64,000 bases of DNA from Bacteroidota bacterium (GTDB lineage: Bacteria > Bacteroidota > Bacteroidia > UBA8524): NCBI GenBank assembly GCA_006226545.1, contig SBGR01000026.1, forward strand, positions 201 through 64,200, in the 5' to 3' direction. The translations under genes and the position numbers were made by a program. The notes below the pieces were generated by a model. It worked only from the letters and a program-made list of their open reading frames with translations. It had not been told where the DNA came from and made no database searches. Shown here piece after piece: positions 8,382 to 19,203 of the stretch. Numbering within the stretch: position 1 is the first letter of the stretch; the number at the start of each line of letters is the position of its first letter.

Positions 8382-9590
8382 CTATTGAATTGAAGCCAGA
8401 ATACGCCTGGTCGCTCCCGCATGCGCTTCAATCCACTGCCCCGCTTTCGCGCCAATCTCTCTTCGCTTTGAAGTGTCTTGCAATTCGCTTAAGACTGAAT
8501 CAAAGTCCGCTTGGTTCGCTAAACGTATTCCACCGCCAAAGTTTGCTAAAGCCTCCCCTTCCGGGTACTTTGGCGTATTGTTTCCATACAGAACGGGAAT
8601 ACCCCAGACAGCAGCTTCCAAGATATTATGCAATGCATTGGTAAAGCCGCCACCTACCAAGGCCATGTCTGCATACGAGTATGCGTTACCCAATAATCCG
8701 ATTCGGTCAATGATCAATACACGACTAGGTGCTGCGTCTTTCCTCTTTTCTAGCGATGAATAGCGGAGTGTGTTTTCAAATCGCTTTTCAATTTCTGCTA
8801 TATGTGATTCGCTGATGTTGTGAGGAACAATTACCCAACACATTTCCGGAAACTTAACATAGGCCTTTGCTATAAGTTCTTCTTCCAAAGGCCAAGAAGA
8901 ACCGGCTACCAAACAAGTTCTGTTTTGAATGAAGTCGGCTAAAATGGCATTTTCAGCCTTGGCTTGTTTGAGGTTCAATACCCGGTCAAATCGGGTATCT
9001 CCGGCATGGGTTACGTGCTTAATTCCAATGCCTTGAAGCAAATCAACAGAAGCTTTATCTTGGGTATAGATATGCGAATAGAAGCGCAGCATCTCCCGGT
9101 ATACGCCCCCGTACCATTGAAAGAAAGGCTGTTCTTGACGCAACCTGGCGCTGATCAGGTAAAACGGAATTTGGCGATTGTGAATCTCCTTCAGATAGGC
9201 ATACCAAAACTCATACTTCACAAAAAACACCTTATCCGGCTGGAGGGCATCCAATAAAACTTGCGCATTCCGTTTAGAATCGAGAGGCAAATAACCCACC
9301 CAAACGGCATGTGAATACTCTTTTTTCTGATTGTATCCCGAAGGCGAAAAGAAGCTCAAACATATTTCGATGTCTTGATGTGCATAGTGCTCTATCAAAG
9401 GTCTTGCTTGTTCAAACTCCCCTAGCGATGCACAATGAAACCAATAACGTGTTTTGGTTTTCGGCTGAGGCAATCGGCTTTGCCAATCTTTCCTTCCCGA
9501 AATCCAGTCGGCCGCCTTTGCGTTAAACGGCGCTGCGATTCCGATACCGAGTCGGTATGCCCAAACACTGAATTGGTAGATGAACTTCAC
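8382..9590 (-). CDS. waaA: 3-deoxy-D-manno-octulosonate (Kdo) transferase
   Basis: WFHCASLGEFEQ, GDTRFDRV, AGSSW, GGGF...HNILEAA; GTG start. Confidence 0.93.
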   Translation of the reverse strand: MKFIYQFSVWAYRLGIGIAAPFNAKAADWISGRKDWQSRLPQPKTKTRYWFHCASLGEFEQARPLIEHYAHQDIEICLSFFSPSGYNQKKEYSHAVWVGYLPLDSKRNAQVLLDALQPDKVFFVKYEFWYAYLKEIHNRQIPFYLISARLRQEQPFFQWYGGVYREMLRFYSHIYTQDKASVDLLQGIGIKHVTHAGDTRFDRVLNLKQAKAENAILADFIQNRTCLVAGSSWPLEEELIAKAYVKFPEMCWVIVPHNISESHIAEIEKRFENTLRYSSLEKRKDAAPSRVLIIDRIGLLGNAYSYADMALVGGGFTNALHNILEAAVWGIPVLYGNNTPKYPEGEALANFGGGIRLANQADFDSVLSELQDTSKRREIGAKAGQWIEAHAGATRRILASIQ

Positions 9591-10348
9591 TAGCGAAATT
9601 TATAACCACCTGAAGTTAATGCCGATCCAGTATAAATAGGCAGCAACCATCCGATACGTATGCCAATACTGCCGTCAGATCTTTTTTCATTGCCCGGCAA
9701 ACCGGTATCAAAGTTTATTGCGCGTCGGCCTTGCGTATAGCCTTGGGTAAACTCAACTCCTGCAAAGAAGTTGATTCTTCTTCTCGGATCCAAAAACTGA
9801 TACCCAACAAACTGATTCATGGTGAATCCGGAAGCCAAACGATCATAACCAAATTTTAAGTCGCCTTCCAATGCCGCTACTGTTGTTGATCTGTTGGTAG
9901 CACGAATGAAATGTTCCATATAACCAAAGCCAACACTTAGCATGAGTCCGGAGTTTTTGTTTCTTCCCAAAGGGATAATTTTACCTCCTTTAACAAAGAG
10001 ACGCAGTCCGCGCATCTGGGCAAGAATCTCCACTCTGTTTCCCTGATGGTCTATAGCATAACCATCTGCATCCGTGAAGGCATCAAATAAATCAACCTCT
10101 TTGATGCTATTGCCAAAAAGGTAGCTTCCTTCAGCACCCCAAATCCAGTTTCTGCCTGTTTTATAATACACTCCGGTACCAACGCCGTTGAACAAGCCGT
10201 ATCGCTGTTTCAAATCGGCGGTCGGGAAATTTAGATCGTAGGTAAATTGGCAAATAAAGCCCGTTCTCACTACTGAGTTTGTGTCTTTCTTTTGAGCCGA
10301 AAGAGAAAGGCTAAGCACTAGGAATAAAAGGCTAAAGAAGTACTTCAT
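9590..10348 (-). CDS. Hypothetical outer-membrane beta-barrel protein
   Basis: Signal peptide and alternating aromatic/Gly beta-strand pattern. Confidence 0.65.
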   Translation of the reverse strand: MKYFFSLLFLVLSLSLSAQKKDTNSVVRTGFICQFTYDLNFPTADLKQRYGLFNGVGTGVYYKTGRNWIWGAEGSYLFGNSIKEVDLFDAFTDADGYAIDHQGNRVEILAQMRGLRLFVKGGKIIPLGRNKNSGLMLSVGFGYMEHFIRATNRSTTVAALEGDLKFGYDRLASGFTMNQFVGYQFLDPRRRINFFAGVEFTQGYTQGRRAINFDTGLPGNEKRSDGSIGIRIGWLLPIYTGSALTSGGYKFR

Positions 10349-10401
10349 GAGGTTTCAAATATACCGTAACTGTAACTTAATGTAATTCTATAGGGAAAAT
10401 C

Positions 10402-10409
10402 TATCTTTG
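10402..10409 (+). promoter_or_regulatory. Bacteroidota -7 promoter box (TATCTTTG) for the polysaccharide operon
   Basis: Exact TAnnTTTG match 28 nt before the ATG at 10438. Confidence 0.65.
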
Positions 10410-10437
10410 TCGGCGACTTTCGAAAAACTTTTAACTT

Positions 10438-11568
10438 ATGCGTAAAATTCAGATGGTTGACCTGCTCAGCCAGTACGAAAAAATCCAACAACAAGTAGAT
10501 GAGGCCGTTTTGGGCGTCATTCGTTCTACGGCTTTTATCAATGGCCCGGAGGTAAAACAGTTTCAAGCTGAGTTGGAAGAATACCTGAAAGTTAAACATG
10601 TTATCCCTTGTGCAAACGGTACAGATGCATTGCAGGTTGCAATGATGGGATTAAATCTCCAACCTGGTGATGAGGTTATCACGGCTAGTTTTACCTATGT
10701 GGCCACCGCTGAAGTAATTGCTTTGTTGAAGCTTACCCCGGTATTGGTTGATGTTAACCCTGACACTTTCTGCATCGATCCGGCAGAGATTGAAAAGGCC
10801 ATTACCCCAAAGACCAAAGCCATTGTACCTGTGCACCTTTTCGGACAAACAGCTGATATGGAAGCGATTCTCGACATCGCTAAAAGGCATAACCTGTTTG
10901 TAATTGAGGATACCGCTCAAGCCATTGGCGCTGACTATACTTTCAAAGACGGTAGCACTGCCAAAGCCGGAACCATTGGTACGGTTGGGTGTACTTCTTT
11001 CTTCCCTTCCAAAAACTTGGGTTGTTATGGAGACGGTGGAGCCATCTTCACAAACGACGATGAATTAGCGAAGAAGATTCGCATGATTGCCAACCACGGA
11101 CAATCTGTACAATATTACCACGATGAAATTGGCGTTAACTCACGCCTTGATAGCATTCAAGCCGCCATTTTGCGCTGCAAGCTTCCGCACCTGGATAGCT
11201 ACAATGCCCGCCGACTTGAAGTTGCCAATCGCTATAATGAAGCCTTGGGAAGCCATGCTAAAGTTACTGTACCGCAGTGGCCAAGCAATACCACCCACGT
11301 GTTTCATCAATATACCATGCAACTGCACGATGTAGATCGTGCGGCGCTTAAAGATTACCTCGCAAGCAAAGAGATTCCGGCTATGATCTATTACCCGGTG
11401 CCTTTGCACATGCAAAAAGCCTATACCGATGCCCGTTACACCGCTGGCATGTTCCCGGTAACTGAGCAACTTTGTGCAAGTGTGATTTCTTTGCCAATCA
11501 GTCCGGATGTAACCCCGGATCAGCAAGAGTATATTATCGAAAACGTATTGAATTTTTTAAACCAGTAA
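10438..11568 (+). CDS. DegT/DnrJ/EryC1/StrS aminotransferase (WbpE-like)
   Basis: NGTDAL, EDTAQ, SFFPSKNLGCYGDGG (PLP lysine), NSRLD. Confidence 0.93.
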   Translation: MRKIQMVDLLSQYEKIQQQVDEAVLGVIRSTAFINGPEVKQFQAELEEYLKVKHVIPCANGTDALQVAMMGLNLQPGDEVITASFTYVATAEVIALLKLTPVLVDVNPDTFCIDPAEIEKAITPKTKAIVPVHLFGQTADMEAILDIAKRHNLFVIEDTAQAIGADYTFKDGSTAKAGTIGTVGCTSFFPSKNLGCYGDGGAIFTNDDELAKKIRMIANHGQSVQYYHDEIGVNSRLDSIQAAILRCKLPHLDSYNARRLEVANRYNEALGSHAKVTVPQWPSNTTHVFHQYTMQLHDVDRAALKDYLASKEIPAMIYYPVPLHMQKAYTDARYTAGMFPVTEQLCASVISLPISPDVTPDQQEYIIENVLNFLNQ

Positions 11569-11580
11569 GCTTTAATAAAA

Positions 11581-12897
11581 ATGAAAATTACCGTAGTAGG
11601 AACCGGCTATGTGGGATTAGTAACAGGAACTTGTTTTGCCGAAGTAGGCATCGAAGTGACCTGTGTAGATATTGACCAAAAGAAGATTGAAAACCTGAAA
11701 AACGGCATCATGCCAATTTACGAACCGGGTTTGGAAGAAATGGTCATAAAGAATTATGAAGCCGGTAGATTGCATTTCTCTACTAACCTGAGTGAGGCAA
11801 TTAAAGGTTCAGACGTAGCGTTCATCGCTGTGGGAACGCCTCCGGGTGAAGACGGTTCTGCCGACTTAAAATATGTCATTGCTGTTGCGCGTGAAATCGG
11901 GCAAAACATGAATAGCTACGGTGTTGTAGTAACCAAATCAACCGTACCGGTAGGTACAGCTGAAAAGGTAAGCAACGCTGTGAGAGAAGAGCTGGAAAAA
12001 CGCGGTGTAGATATTCCTTACGATGTAGCTTCCAATCCGGAGTTCTTGAAAGAAGGTGCCGCTATCGACGACTTCTTGAAGCCGGATAGAATTGTGGTTG
12101 GTGTTTCTTCTAAAAAAGCAGAAGACATCATGGCCAAATTATACAAGCCTTTCACCTTGAACGGACATCCAATCATCTTTATGGATGTACCTTCTGCCGA
12201 GATGACCAAATACGCTGCGAACTCAATGCTCGCAACCAAAATCAGCTTCATGAACGATATCGCTAACCTCTGCGAAATTGTGGGAGCCGATGTAAACTTG
12301 GTGCGCAAAGGCATTGGATCAGATGCGCGTATCGGTAATAAATTTATCTACCCGGGCATCGGGTACGGTGGATCTTGTTTCCCTAAAGACGTAAAAGCAT
12401 TGATTAAAACCGCTGCTGAAAAAGGCTATAACATGCGTGTTTTGAAAGCGGTTGAAGAAGTGAACGAAGACCAGAAAAACGTCATGTACAATAAGGTCAT
12501 CAATCACTTTGGCAGCGATTTGAAAGGCAAAACAATCGCCCTTTGGGGATTGTCTTTCAAACCTAAAACCGATGATATGCGTGAGGCTCCTTCTTTGGTT
12601 ATCATCAGCCATTTATTGGAAGCCGGTGCAACAGTTAGAGCCTACGACCCTGTAGCAATGGAAGAAGCCAAACACATGATTGGCAATACCATCACGTATA
12701 CAAAAGATGAATACGAAGCATTGCAAGGTGCTGACGGCTTGATCTTAGCAACAGAATGGCCAGAATTCCGATTCCCTGATTTCGCTAAAATCGAAAACTT
12801 GATGAACGGAAAAGTAATCTTCGACGGCAGAAACATCTACGATGCAAAAGACCTGAGAGAAAAAGGCTTCACCTATTACGGAATTGGAATTAACTAA
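11581..12897 (+). CDS. ugd: UDP-glucose 6-dehydrogenase
   Basis: [32 protein letters not shown]. Confidence 0.95.
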   Translation: MKITVVGTGYVGLVTGTCFAEVGIEVTCVDIDQKKIENLKNGIMPIYEPGLEEMVIKNYEAGRLHFSTNLSEAIKGSDVAFIAVGTPPGEDGSADLKYVIAVAREIGQNMNSYGVVVTKSTVPVGTAEKVSNAVREELEKRGVDIPYDVASNPEFLKEGAAIDDFLKPDRIVVGVSSKKAEDIMAKLYKPFTLNGHPIIFMDVPSAEMTKYAANSMLATKISFMNDIANLCEIVGADVNLVRKGIGSDARIGNKFIYPGIGYGGSCFPKDVKALIKTAAEKGYNMRVLKAVEEVNEDQKNVMYNKVINHFGSDLKGKTIALWGLSFKPKTDDMREAPSLVIISHLLEAGATVRAYDPVAMEEAKHMIGNTITYTKDEYEALQGADGLILATEWPEFRFPDFAKIENLMNGKVIFDGRNIYDAKDLREKGFTYYGIGIN

Positions 12898-12898
12898 G

Positions 12899-13876
12899 AT
12901 GAGGAAAAGAGTATTAATAACCGGAGGTGCCGGATTTTTAGGTTCGCATCTGTGTGATCGCTTTATCAATGAAGATTACCATGTAATTGCCATGGACAAC
13001 CTGATTACCGGTGACCTGCGCAATATTGAACACCTCTTTAAACTCCCTAATTTTGAATTCTACCACCACGACGTGTCGAAGTTTATTCACGTGCCGGGTG
13101 AATTAGATTATATCCTGCACTTCGCTTCACCGGCAAGTCCGATTGACTACCTGAAAATTCCAATTCAAACACTGAAAGTGGGCTCTTTGGGTATTCACAA
13201 TTGCCTTGGTCTAGCGAGAGTTAAAGGAGCACGTGTATTGATTGCCTCTACTTCTGAAGTTTACGGCGACCCATTGGTGCACCCGCAAAACGAAGACTAC
13301 TGGGGTAATGTAAATCCGGTGGGTCCTCGCGGCGTATACGATGAAGCAAAACGTTTCCAAGAAGCCATGACCATGGCTTACCATACTTACCACGGCGTTG
13401 AAACGCGTATAGTGCGTATTTTCAATACCTACGGACCAAGAATGAGACTAAACGACGGAAGGGCTTTGCCTGCCTTTATCGGACAAGCACTTCGCGGAGA
13501 AGACTTAACCGTTTTTGGGGATGGTTCTCAAACTCGTTCATTCTGTTATGTTGACGACCTGGTTGAAGGCATCTACAGATTGCTTTTAAGCGATTACGCC
13601 TACCCGGTTAACATCGGTAACCCGGTGGAAATTACCATCAAACAGTTTGCTGAAGAAATTATCAAGCTGACAGGAACAAGCCAGAAGGTAATTTACAGAC
13701 CACTTCCTAAAGACGATCCTAAACAGCGTAAACCGGACATTACCCGCGCTCAAGAAATCCTAGGCTGGGAACCTCGCGTGGAGCGTTCAGAAGGACTAAA
13801 AGTAACATACGAATACTTTAAGAGCTTACCTGAAAGCGAATTATTCAAAGACCCTCATGGCAGAGAATTCAACTAA
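12899..13876 (+). CDS. UDP-glucuronate decarboxylase (UDP-xylose synthase)
   Basis: [38 protein letters not shown]. Confidence 0.93.
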   Translation: MRKRVLITGGAGFLGSHLCDRFINEDYHVIAMDNLITGDLRNIEHLFKLPNFEFYHHDVSKFIHVPGELDYILHFASPASPIDYLKIPIQTLKVGSLGIHNCLGLARVKGARVLIASTSEVYGDPLVHPQNEDYWGNVNPVGPRGVYDEAKRFQEAMTMAYHTYHGVETRIVRIFNTYGPRMRLNDGRALPAFIGQALRGEDLTVFGDGSQTRSFCYVDDLVEGIYRLLLSDYAYPVNIGNPVEITIKQFAEEIIKLTGTSQKVIYRPLPKDDPKQRKPDITRAQEILGWEPRVERSEGLKVTYEYFKSLPESELFKDPHGREFN

Positions 13877-14444
13877 TACCTATTTCGCTCACGAAACCGC
13901 AGTTATTGATGAAGGCTGCAGTATTGGCCACGGAACCAAAATATGGCATTTCAGTCATGTGATGCCCAATTGTACCATTGGCGAAAACTGTAACCTCGGA
14001 CAAAATGTGGTTATCTCACCTGAAGTGGTATTAGGCAATAACGTTAAAATACAAAACAACGTTTCAATCTATACCGGTGTTACCTGCGACGATGACGTTT
14101 TTCTAGGGCCAAGCTGTGTTTTCACTAACGTAACCAACCCGAGAAGTGCCATTAACCGCAGAGGACAATACGCCAAAACCCACGTGGGGAAAGGCGCTAG
14201 CATTGGTGCCAATGCAACCATTGTTTGCGGACACGATATCGGGCAATTTGCCTTTATCGGGGCAGGCGCCGTGGTGACGAAAAACGTACCTGATTATGCC
14301 CTTTTGGTTGGCAATCCGGCTCGTCAGTTAGGGTGGATGAGTGAGTACGGTCACAGGTTAGAGTTCAACGAAATTGGTGAAGCAATTTGTCCGGAAAGTG
14401 GCGCGAAATACCTGCTGAAAGACGGCAAAGTGAATAAAGCATAA
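13857..14444 (+). CDS. WbpD-like N-acetyltransferase (left-handed beta-helix)
   Basis: [26 protein letters not shown], hexapeptide repeats, C-terminal CPESG. Confidence 0.88.
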   Translation: MAENSTNTYFAHETAVIDEGCSIGHGTKIWHFSHVMPNCTIGENCNLGQNVVISPEVVLGNNVKIQNNVSIYTGVTCDDDVFLGPSCVFTNVTNPRSAINRRGQYAKTHVGKGASIGANATIVCGHDIGQFAFIGAGAVVTKNVPDYALLVGNPARQLGWMSEYGHRLEFNEIGEAICPESGAKYLLKDGKVNKA

Positions 14445-15466
14445 TGGCAGAAAAAATACTGGTAACAGGCGGCACGGGCTATATTGGCTCGCATACAGTG
14501 ATTGAGTTGATTCAACAAGGTTACAAGCCTATTATCATCGATAATTTGAGCAACTCCAAGTTGGAGCGATTGGATCAAATCCAAGCAATAACAGGGGTTC
14601 GTCCGGAATTTGAAAAAGTAGAAATGTGCGACAAAGCCCAGATGGAGGCCTTTTTCGCTAAGCATACCGACATCAAAGCAGTCATTCACTTCGCGGCATT
14701 ATTGCAAGTAGGCGAATCGGTTGAAAAGCCACTGCTCTACTATTCCAATAACCTGCTTTCTACCATTCACCTGCTTGAATGCATGAAGCAATACCAGATT
14801 GGAAACATCGTATTTTCATCCAGCTGCACGGTTTATGGCAACCCTGAACACCTGCCTGTAAATGAAGATGCGCCCATAAAACCTGCCATCTCCCCGTACG
14901 GCAATACCAAAAAAATGTGCGAAGACATCATCCGCGATTTCAGCATGTCTGAAAAACAGATGAAATCCATTAGCCTTCGCTATTTCAATCCCATTGGCAA
15001 CCACCCGTCTGCCCTGATTGGAGAAGAGCCACATGGTGTACCTAGCCATCTGGTACCCTACCTCACCCAAACAGCCAAAGGCATTCGCTCTCACTTGAAT
15101 ATTTTTGGTAACGACTACAGCACGCCAGACGGAACCTGTGTGAGAGATTACCTGCATGTAGTCGATTTGGCTAAAGCGCATATCGCAGCGATTCGTCGCT
15201 TATTGGACGTACAAGATTGCCCGATCTGGGATTATATCAATATCGGAACCGGTACCGGCTATTCCGTACTTCAGATGGTGAAAGCCTTTGAAAGCGCAAC
15301 CGGACAAGAAGTTCCATTTCAATTTGCCCCGCGCCGTGAAGGCGATGTTGAAGCAGTGTATGCAGATACTACAAAAGCCAAAAACCTGCTTAAATGGCAA
15401 ACAGAACTTGACCTAGAAGACATGCTTCGCGCCGCTTGGGCCTGGGAACAGAAACTTGCACATTAG
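14444..15466 (+). CDS. galE: UDP-glucose 4-epimerase
   Basis: GGTGYIGSH, FSSSCTVYG, YGNTK, LRYFNP, DGTCVRDYLHV. Confidence 0.93.
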   Translation: MAEKILVTGGTGYIGSHTVIELIQQGYKPIIIDNLSNSKLERLDQIQAITGVRPEFEKVEMCDKAQMEAFFAKHTDIKAVIHFAALLQVGESVEKPLLYYSNNLLSTIHLLECMKQYQIGNIVFSSSCTVYGNPEHLPVNEDAPIKPAISPYGNTKKMCEDIIRDFSMSEKQMKSISLRYFNPIGNHPSALIGEEPHGVPSHLVPYLTQTAKGIRSHLNIFGNDYSTPDGTCVRDYLHVVDLAKAHIAAIRRLLDVQDCPIWDYINIGTGTGYSVLQMVKAFESATGQEVPFQFAPRREGDVEAVYADTTKAKNLLKWQTELDLEDMLRAAWAWEQKLAH

Positions 15467-15480
15467 CTTAATATTAAGCT
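15465..15480. promoter_or_regulatory. Perfect 16-bp palindrome after galE
   Basis: AGCTTAATATTAAGCT is its own reverse complement. Confidence 0.35.
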
Positions 15481-15600
15481 TCCACTTCCTTTAGGTATTA
15501 AATAACAGAATTGAACCGTCAAGGTAAAAGGTGCATTGATTAATGCGCCGGCAACAATTCTCTCTTTCTTGGTAGTTTCACATCACCAAACAGGGGAATT

Positions 15601-16482
15601 ATGGCCAAACCAAACATCGATTCAATTGAATTGCGAAACCTTTTGGAGTACTTGCAGGGCTTCAAAACATTTGTTAACAGCAGTCTATCCTTTGTTGTTA
15701 CGCAGTTTAGAAAACGCATTCTCCTATTGCTCCTGCCAGTTCTTGCGGGAATAGGATTCGGATTCTGGAAATACCGCCAGCTTAAACCCGTATACGAAGT
15801 GGAAATGCAGCTCACCTTCAATGAACTGCACAAGAAGACTTACGGCGAAATGACCATTCGTTTACAGGACCAAATCAAACAAGAAAATTGGCCTTGGGTA
15901 GCCAATGTCTTGGGGATGAAGGAAGCCGATGTGGAACATCTTCAGTCAATTCAAGCATTAAACATCGCTAGAAGCCCGCTGCACGAAGACCTTACAAGCG
16001 AAAAAATTCCATTTTACGTGTTGGCCAATGTGACCGACCCAAGTATCTGTTCTTCACTTCAAAACGGCATCATCAAATACTTCAATGAAAATCCACTCAA
16101 TACGGAACGTCGACGTGTTAACCTACAGAACATCCAAGACCGCCTCCAATTTCTGAGTAATCAATTGGCCTGGATGGACTCCATCAAGATGAGTTATAAC
16201 CAACAGCTCAAACGCGGAGTACAGCCTGAACAAATGTCGAGCGACGGTTCTATAGACAAGCTGTTTGAGCTATCTGACAACTTTTACAAAGAATGGTTGA
16301 ACCTGCGCTCCGGCTTGGATTCCTATAAACCGGTTGAATTGATCATGGGCTTCAACCCGGGATTACTTTCTCAGAAACCATCTCTGCCAAACTTCTTACT
16401 TCGCTATGCTCTGCTTGGTTTTGGACTGAGCTTTCTTCTCCTATTATGGTTGGCTATACCCTCAAAATCGGTTAAAGAATAA
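15601..16482 (+). CDS. Wzz-like polysaccharide chain-length determinant
   Basis: Two TM helices flanking a periplasmic coiled-coil; Pro-rich segment before TM2; locus context. Confidence 0.7.
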   Translation: MAKPNIDSIELRNLLEYLQGFKTFVNSSLSFVVTQFRKRILLLLLPVLAGIGFGFWKYRQLKPVYEVEMQLTFNELHKKTYGEMTIRLQDQIKQENWPWVANVLGMKEADVEHLQSIQALNIARSPLHEDLTSEKIPFYVLANVTDPSICSSLQNGIIKYFNENPLNTERRRVNLQNIQDRLQFLSNQLAWMDSIKMSYNQQLKRGVQPEQMSSDGSIDKLFELSDNFYKEWLNLRSGLDSYKPVELIMGFNPGLLSQKPSLPNFLLRYALLGFGLSFLLLLWLAIPSKSVKE

Positions 16483-17942
16483 TGAAAATCAGCCAATCCA
16501 ATAATCTCTTAAACAGCTTATGGAATCTGTTTGATGTGCTTGCATATCCTGCAGTATTCTTGGGCTTCACTCCCTTCTTTATCGAAAGAATGGGAGCAGA
16601 AGAGTTTGGATTGTGGATGCTCGTGAACAGCATATTGGTGAGCTTTCAGTTGCTGAACTTCGGTCTTGGCGCAGCCACACAGCGCAATGTAGCTCGCTAC
16701 TTAGGGAAAAACGATAGGCCGGGCATGTGGCAAAGCATCAATACCAACCTATCTCTCGGACTCGTTTTGCTGCTCATCTGCATGGCCGTTGGAGGCATAC
16801 TTATACTTGGTGTTCGTCAAGTGGGTATTTTTAACCTAGACCCCAAGCTCCACGACAGAATGAGTCTGCTCTTGTTCATCACCTCCATCTTGGTGGCCTT
16901 GAAGTTTATTGAACAAATTGCTCATGGAGCGCTCAAAGGACTCGAAAACTTCCAGGTACCGGCTCGCATCAACCTGGTGGTTCGTTTTAGCATTTTACTC
17001 GCCAATATTCAGTTGGTGAGCATGGGATATGACTTGGAATACCTCTTCGGTTCGAACCTGCTCATTACGTTCAGCTCCTTTTTCATCTACTATATTTTCA
17101 TCAAGAAACACCTTCCGGGTTATACGCTTCAACTTATCTGGGAGAAATCGAGCATCGTAGAAGAACTGAAATACGGACTCCACAACTGGGTGCAATCAGT
17201 ATCAGTAATTCTGACTTACCAATTCGATCGATTCATTGTTACCAGTGTATTCGGTTTGGCTACGCTGAGCTATTATTCTATTGTAGCCACGATGTTTAAC
17301 CACATCCACATGGCCTATAATTCGCTGGTGCCATGGTTACTGCCAAAGGTGGCTCGACTCCGTGAAGAAGGTGCCGAACTCAACAGGCTCTTCCTTACAG
17401 CCCGTAGCTTTACCATCCTTGCCGGAATAAGCTCCTTATTGGTTTTTCAGTTTATCAGTCCGGCATTGCTTACGCTGTGGCTGGGAGTTGATCTCTACCT
17501 GAAAATAGAAAACCTGGTGAACCTGTATTGCGTTTTTGAGCTCTTTTTCATCTTCACTTCTGCTCGATATTTCTTCTTGAATGGCAGTGGTTACGAGCGC
17601 TTGCTTACCCGACTAACCCTGCAACTTTCAGCCATCACCATCTTAGCGATGCTGGTTGGGCTTTGGCACTTTCAAACGGTGGAAGGGCTGGTTTACGGTT
17701 TGGTTTTCGGAACAGCATTGGGCATTTGGCTGGAAAACTTCATCATCAATAAAAAGGTACTCAAGCAAAGCACTTGGAAAGAAGGCTTTCTGCTGATTCT
17801 GCCTTCTATCCTGGCCACGCTTATTATCTATTCTTCCGGAATCTGGATCACCCTTGCGCTGGCAGGCTTGCTGATTGTGAGCGGCTACTTGCTTTTTATA
17901 CGTACTGGCGATTTCAACCTAAAAGTGCTGCTCTTTGGATAG
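16482..17942 (+). CDS. wzx: Wzx flippase (MOP superfamily)
   Basis: Many TM helices, FGLW and DRFIV motifs, locus context. Confidence 0.8.
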   Translation: MKISQSNNLLNSLWNLFDVLAYPAVFLGFTPFFIERMGAEEFGLWMLVNSILVSFQLLNFGLGAATQRNVARYLGKNDRPGMWQSINTNLSLGLVLLLICMAVGGILILGVRQVGIFNLDPKLHDRMSLLLFITSILVALKFIEQIAHGALKGLENFQVPARINLVVRFSILLANIQLVSMGYDLEYLFGSNLLITFSSFFIYYIFIKKHLPGYTLQLIWEKSSIVEELKYGLHNWVQSVSVILTYQFDRFIVTSVFGLATLSYYSIVATMFNHIHMAYNSLVPWLLPKVARLREEGAELNRLFLTARSFTILAGISSLLVFQFISPALLTLWLGVDLYLKIENLVNLYCVFELFFIFTSARYFFLNGSGYERLLTRLTLQLSAITILAMLVGLWHFQTVEGLVYGLVFGTALGIWLENFIINKKVLKQSTWKEGFLLILPSILATLIIYSSGIWITLALAGLLIVSGYLLFIRTGDFNLKVLLFG

Positions 17943-19203
17943 TACAAAAAACATAGCACTGCAAGGAGGACTCTTTTTGGTCTTAGTCTACGTATTCTTC
18001 AATACGGTAGGGCTACCGCATGGCTTGAGTTATACCTTTCTGCTCACCCCGCTATTCCTGTACTTCAGTATAAAAGCCAAACTATTTAAGGCGTATACGT
18101 ACTTAGCGATATTGCTGATTCCATTTGCCTTGATTCACTTTAGGCAAGGAACAAACCTACCGTATTACCTTCAGTCTACCGCGCTTTTCACGGGCGCTTG
18201 GGTATTCGGAATTGCGGTCTATCAATTCCTCAAACAAGAACACGCATTGCCTTTAGCGATGAAAGGCATCTTGATGGTGAATACCCTTTTATTGCCCATC
18301 GCATTTTTAGCCTACTTCACCCCCTGGAAAGAAAGCTGGTGGTATTTGGTTCCGATCTCTCGCGGCTTGCCAATCATCCCCCGCTTGATGATGCTGACCT
18401 ACGAAGCCTCCTATTATTCTCTACTTCTGGTTCCGGTGAGTATTTATTACTTGCTCAAGATCCTATTCTTTAAGGAATACAATGCTTGGCTGATTCTGAT
18501 TTTATTGGGTCTTCCGTTATTGTTGTCTTTCTCATTGGGGATATGGGCCGGTTTAGCGATAACACTGGTAATCCTGTTTGCCTTTCACTTGAAATGGTTG
18601 GTTTTGCACCAGCGTTTGCGCATCACCTTTATTGTATTTGCGAGTCTTGTGCTTGGCTCTCTGGTGGTGCTCTACCTGTTCTATCCGGAGAACCCGCTGT
18701 TCCATCGACTGAAAAACATTGGTGGCGGAGAAGACACTTCCGCTCGAGGGAGAACTTACGAAGCCTTTGAGCTAGCCTGGCTGATGGCCAAAGAAAAGAG
18801 TATTTGGTTTGGCGTTGGTTTGGGGCAAATCAAATTGATGGGTCGGGATATCCTCCTGAACTTCTACCACTATACCAATATTCCGGAAGTTGCCCGAATT
18901 CCGAATGCCGCTGCCGAGACGCTGGCCCAATTCGGGATTGTTGGATTAAGCTTACGACTTGGAACTCAACTCTTCCTCTTTTGGCGGACCAAGGTATGGA
19001 GTAATTTCTTCCGACTCAGTCTGTTTTGCTTTGTCTTCGTTTACCAGTTTACCGGAAGTTTCCTCATCAACATGGCGGAAATAAGCATTTGGGTGCTGGC
19101 CTTCTCTCCCATCGCTAAAGAATTTAACAAAGCGAATCTGAGAGAACAGTGGGCGATACCCGTTTGGCCTTGGGAAAAAAAGAAAGGAGCCCTGCATGGA
19201 TAA
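17935..19203 (+). CDS. Wzy-like O-antigen polymerase
   Basis: Multi-TM, YEASY, DTSARGR and FGVGLG periplasmic loop. Confidence 0.65.
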   Translation: MDSTKNIALQGGLFLVLVYVFFNTVGLPHGLSYTFLLTPLFLYFSIKAKLFKAYTYLAILLIPFALIHFRQGTNLPYYLQSTALFTGAWVFGIAVYQFLKQEHALPLAMKGILMVNTLLLPIAFLAYFTPWKESWWYLVPISRGLPIIPRLMMLTYEASYYSLLLVPVSIYYLLKILFFKEYNAWLILILLGLPLLLSFSLGIWAGLAITLVILFAFHLKWLVLHQRLRITFIVFASLVLGSLVVLYLFYPENPLFHRLKNIGGGEDTSARGRTYEAFELAWLMAKEKSIWFGVGLGQIKLMGRDILLNFYHYTNIPEVARIPNAAAETLAQFGIVGLSLRLGTQLFLFWRTKVWSNFFRLSLFCFVFVYQFTGSFLINMAEISIWVLAFSPIAKEFNKANLREQWAIPVWPWEKKKGALHG

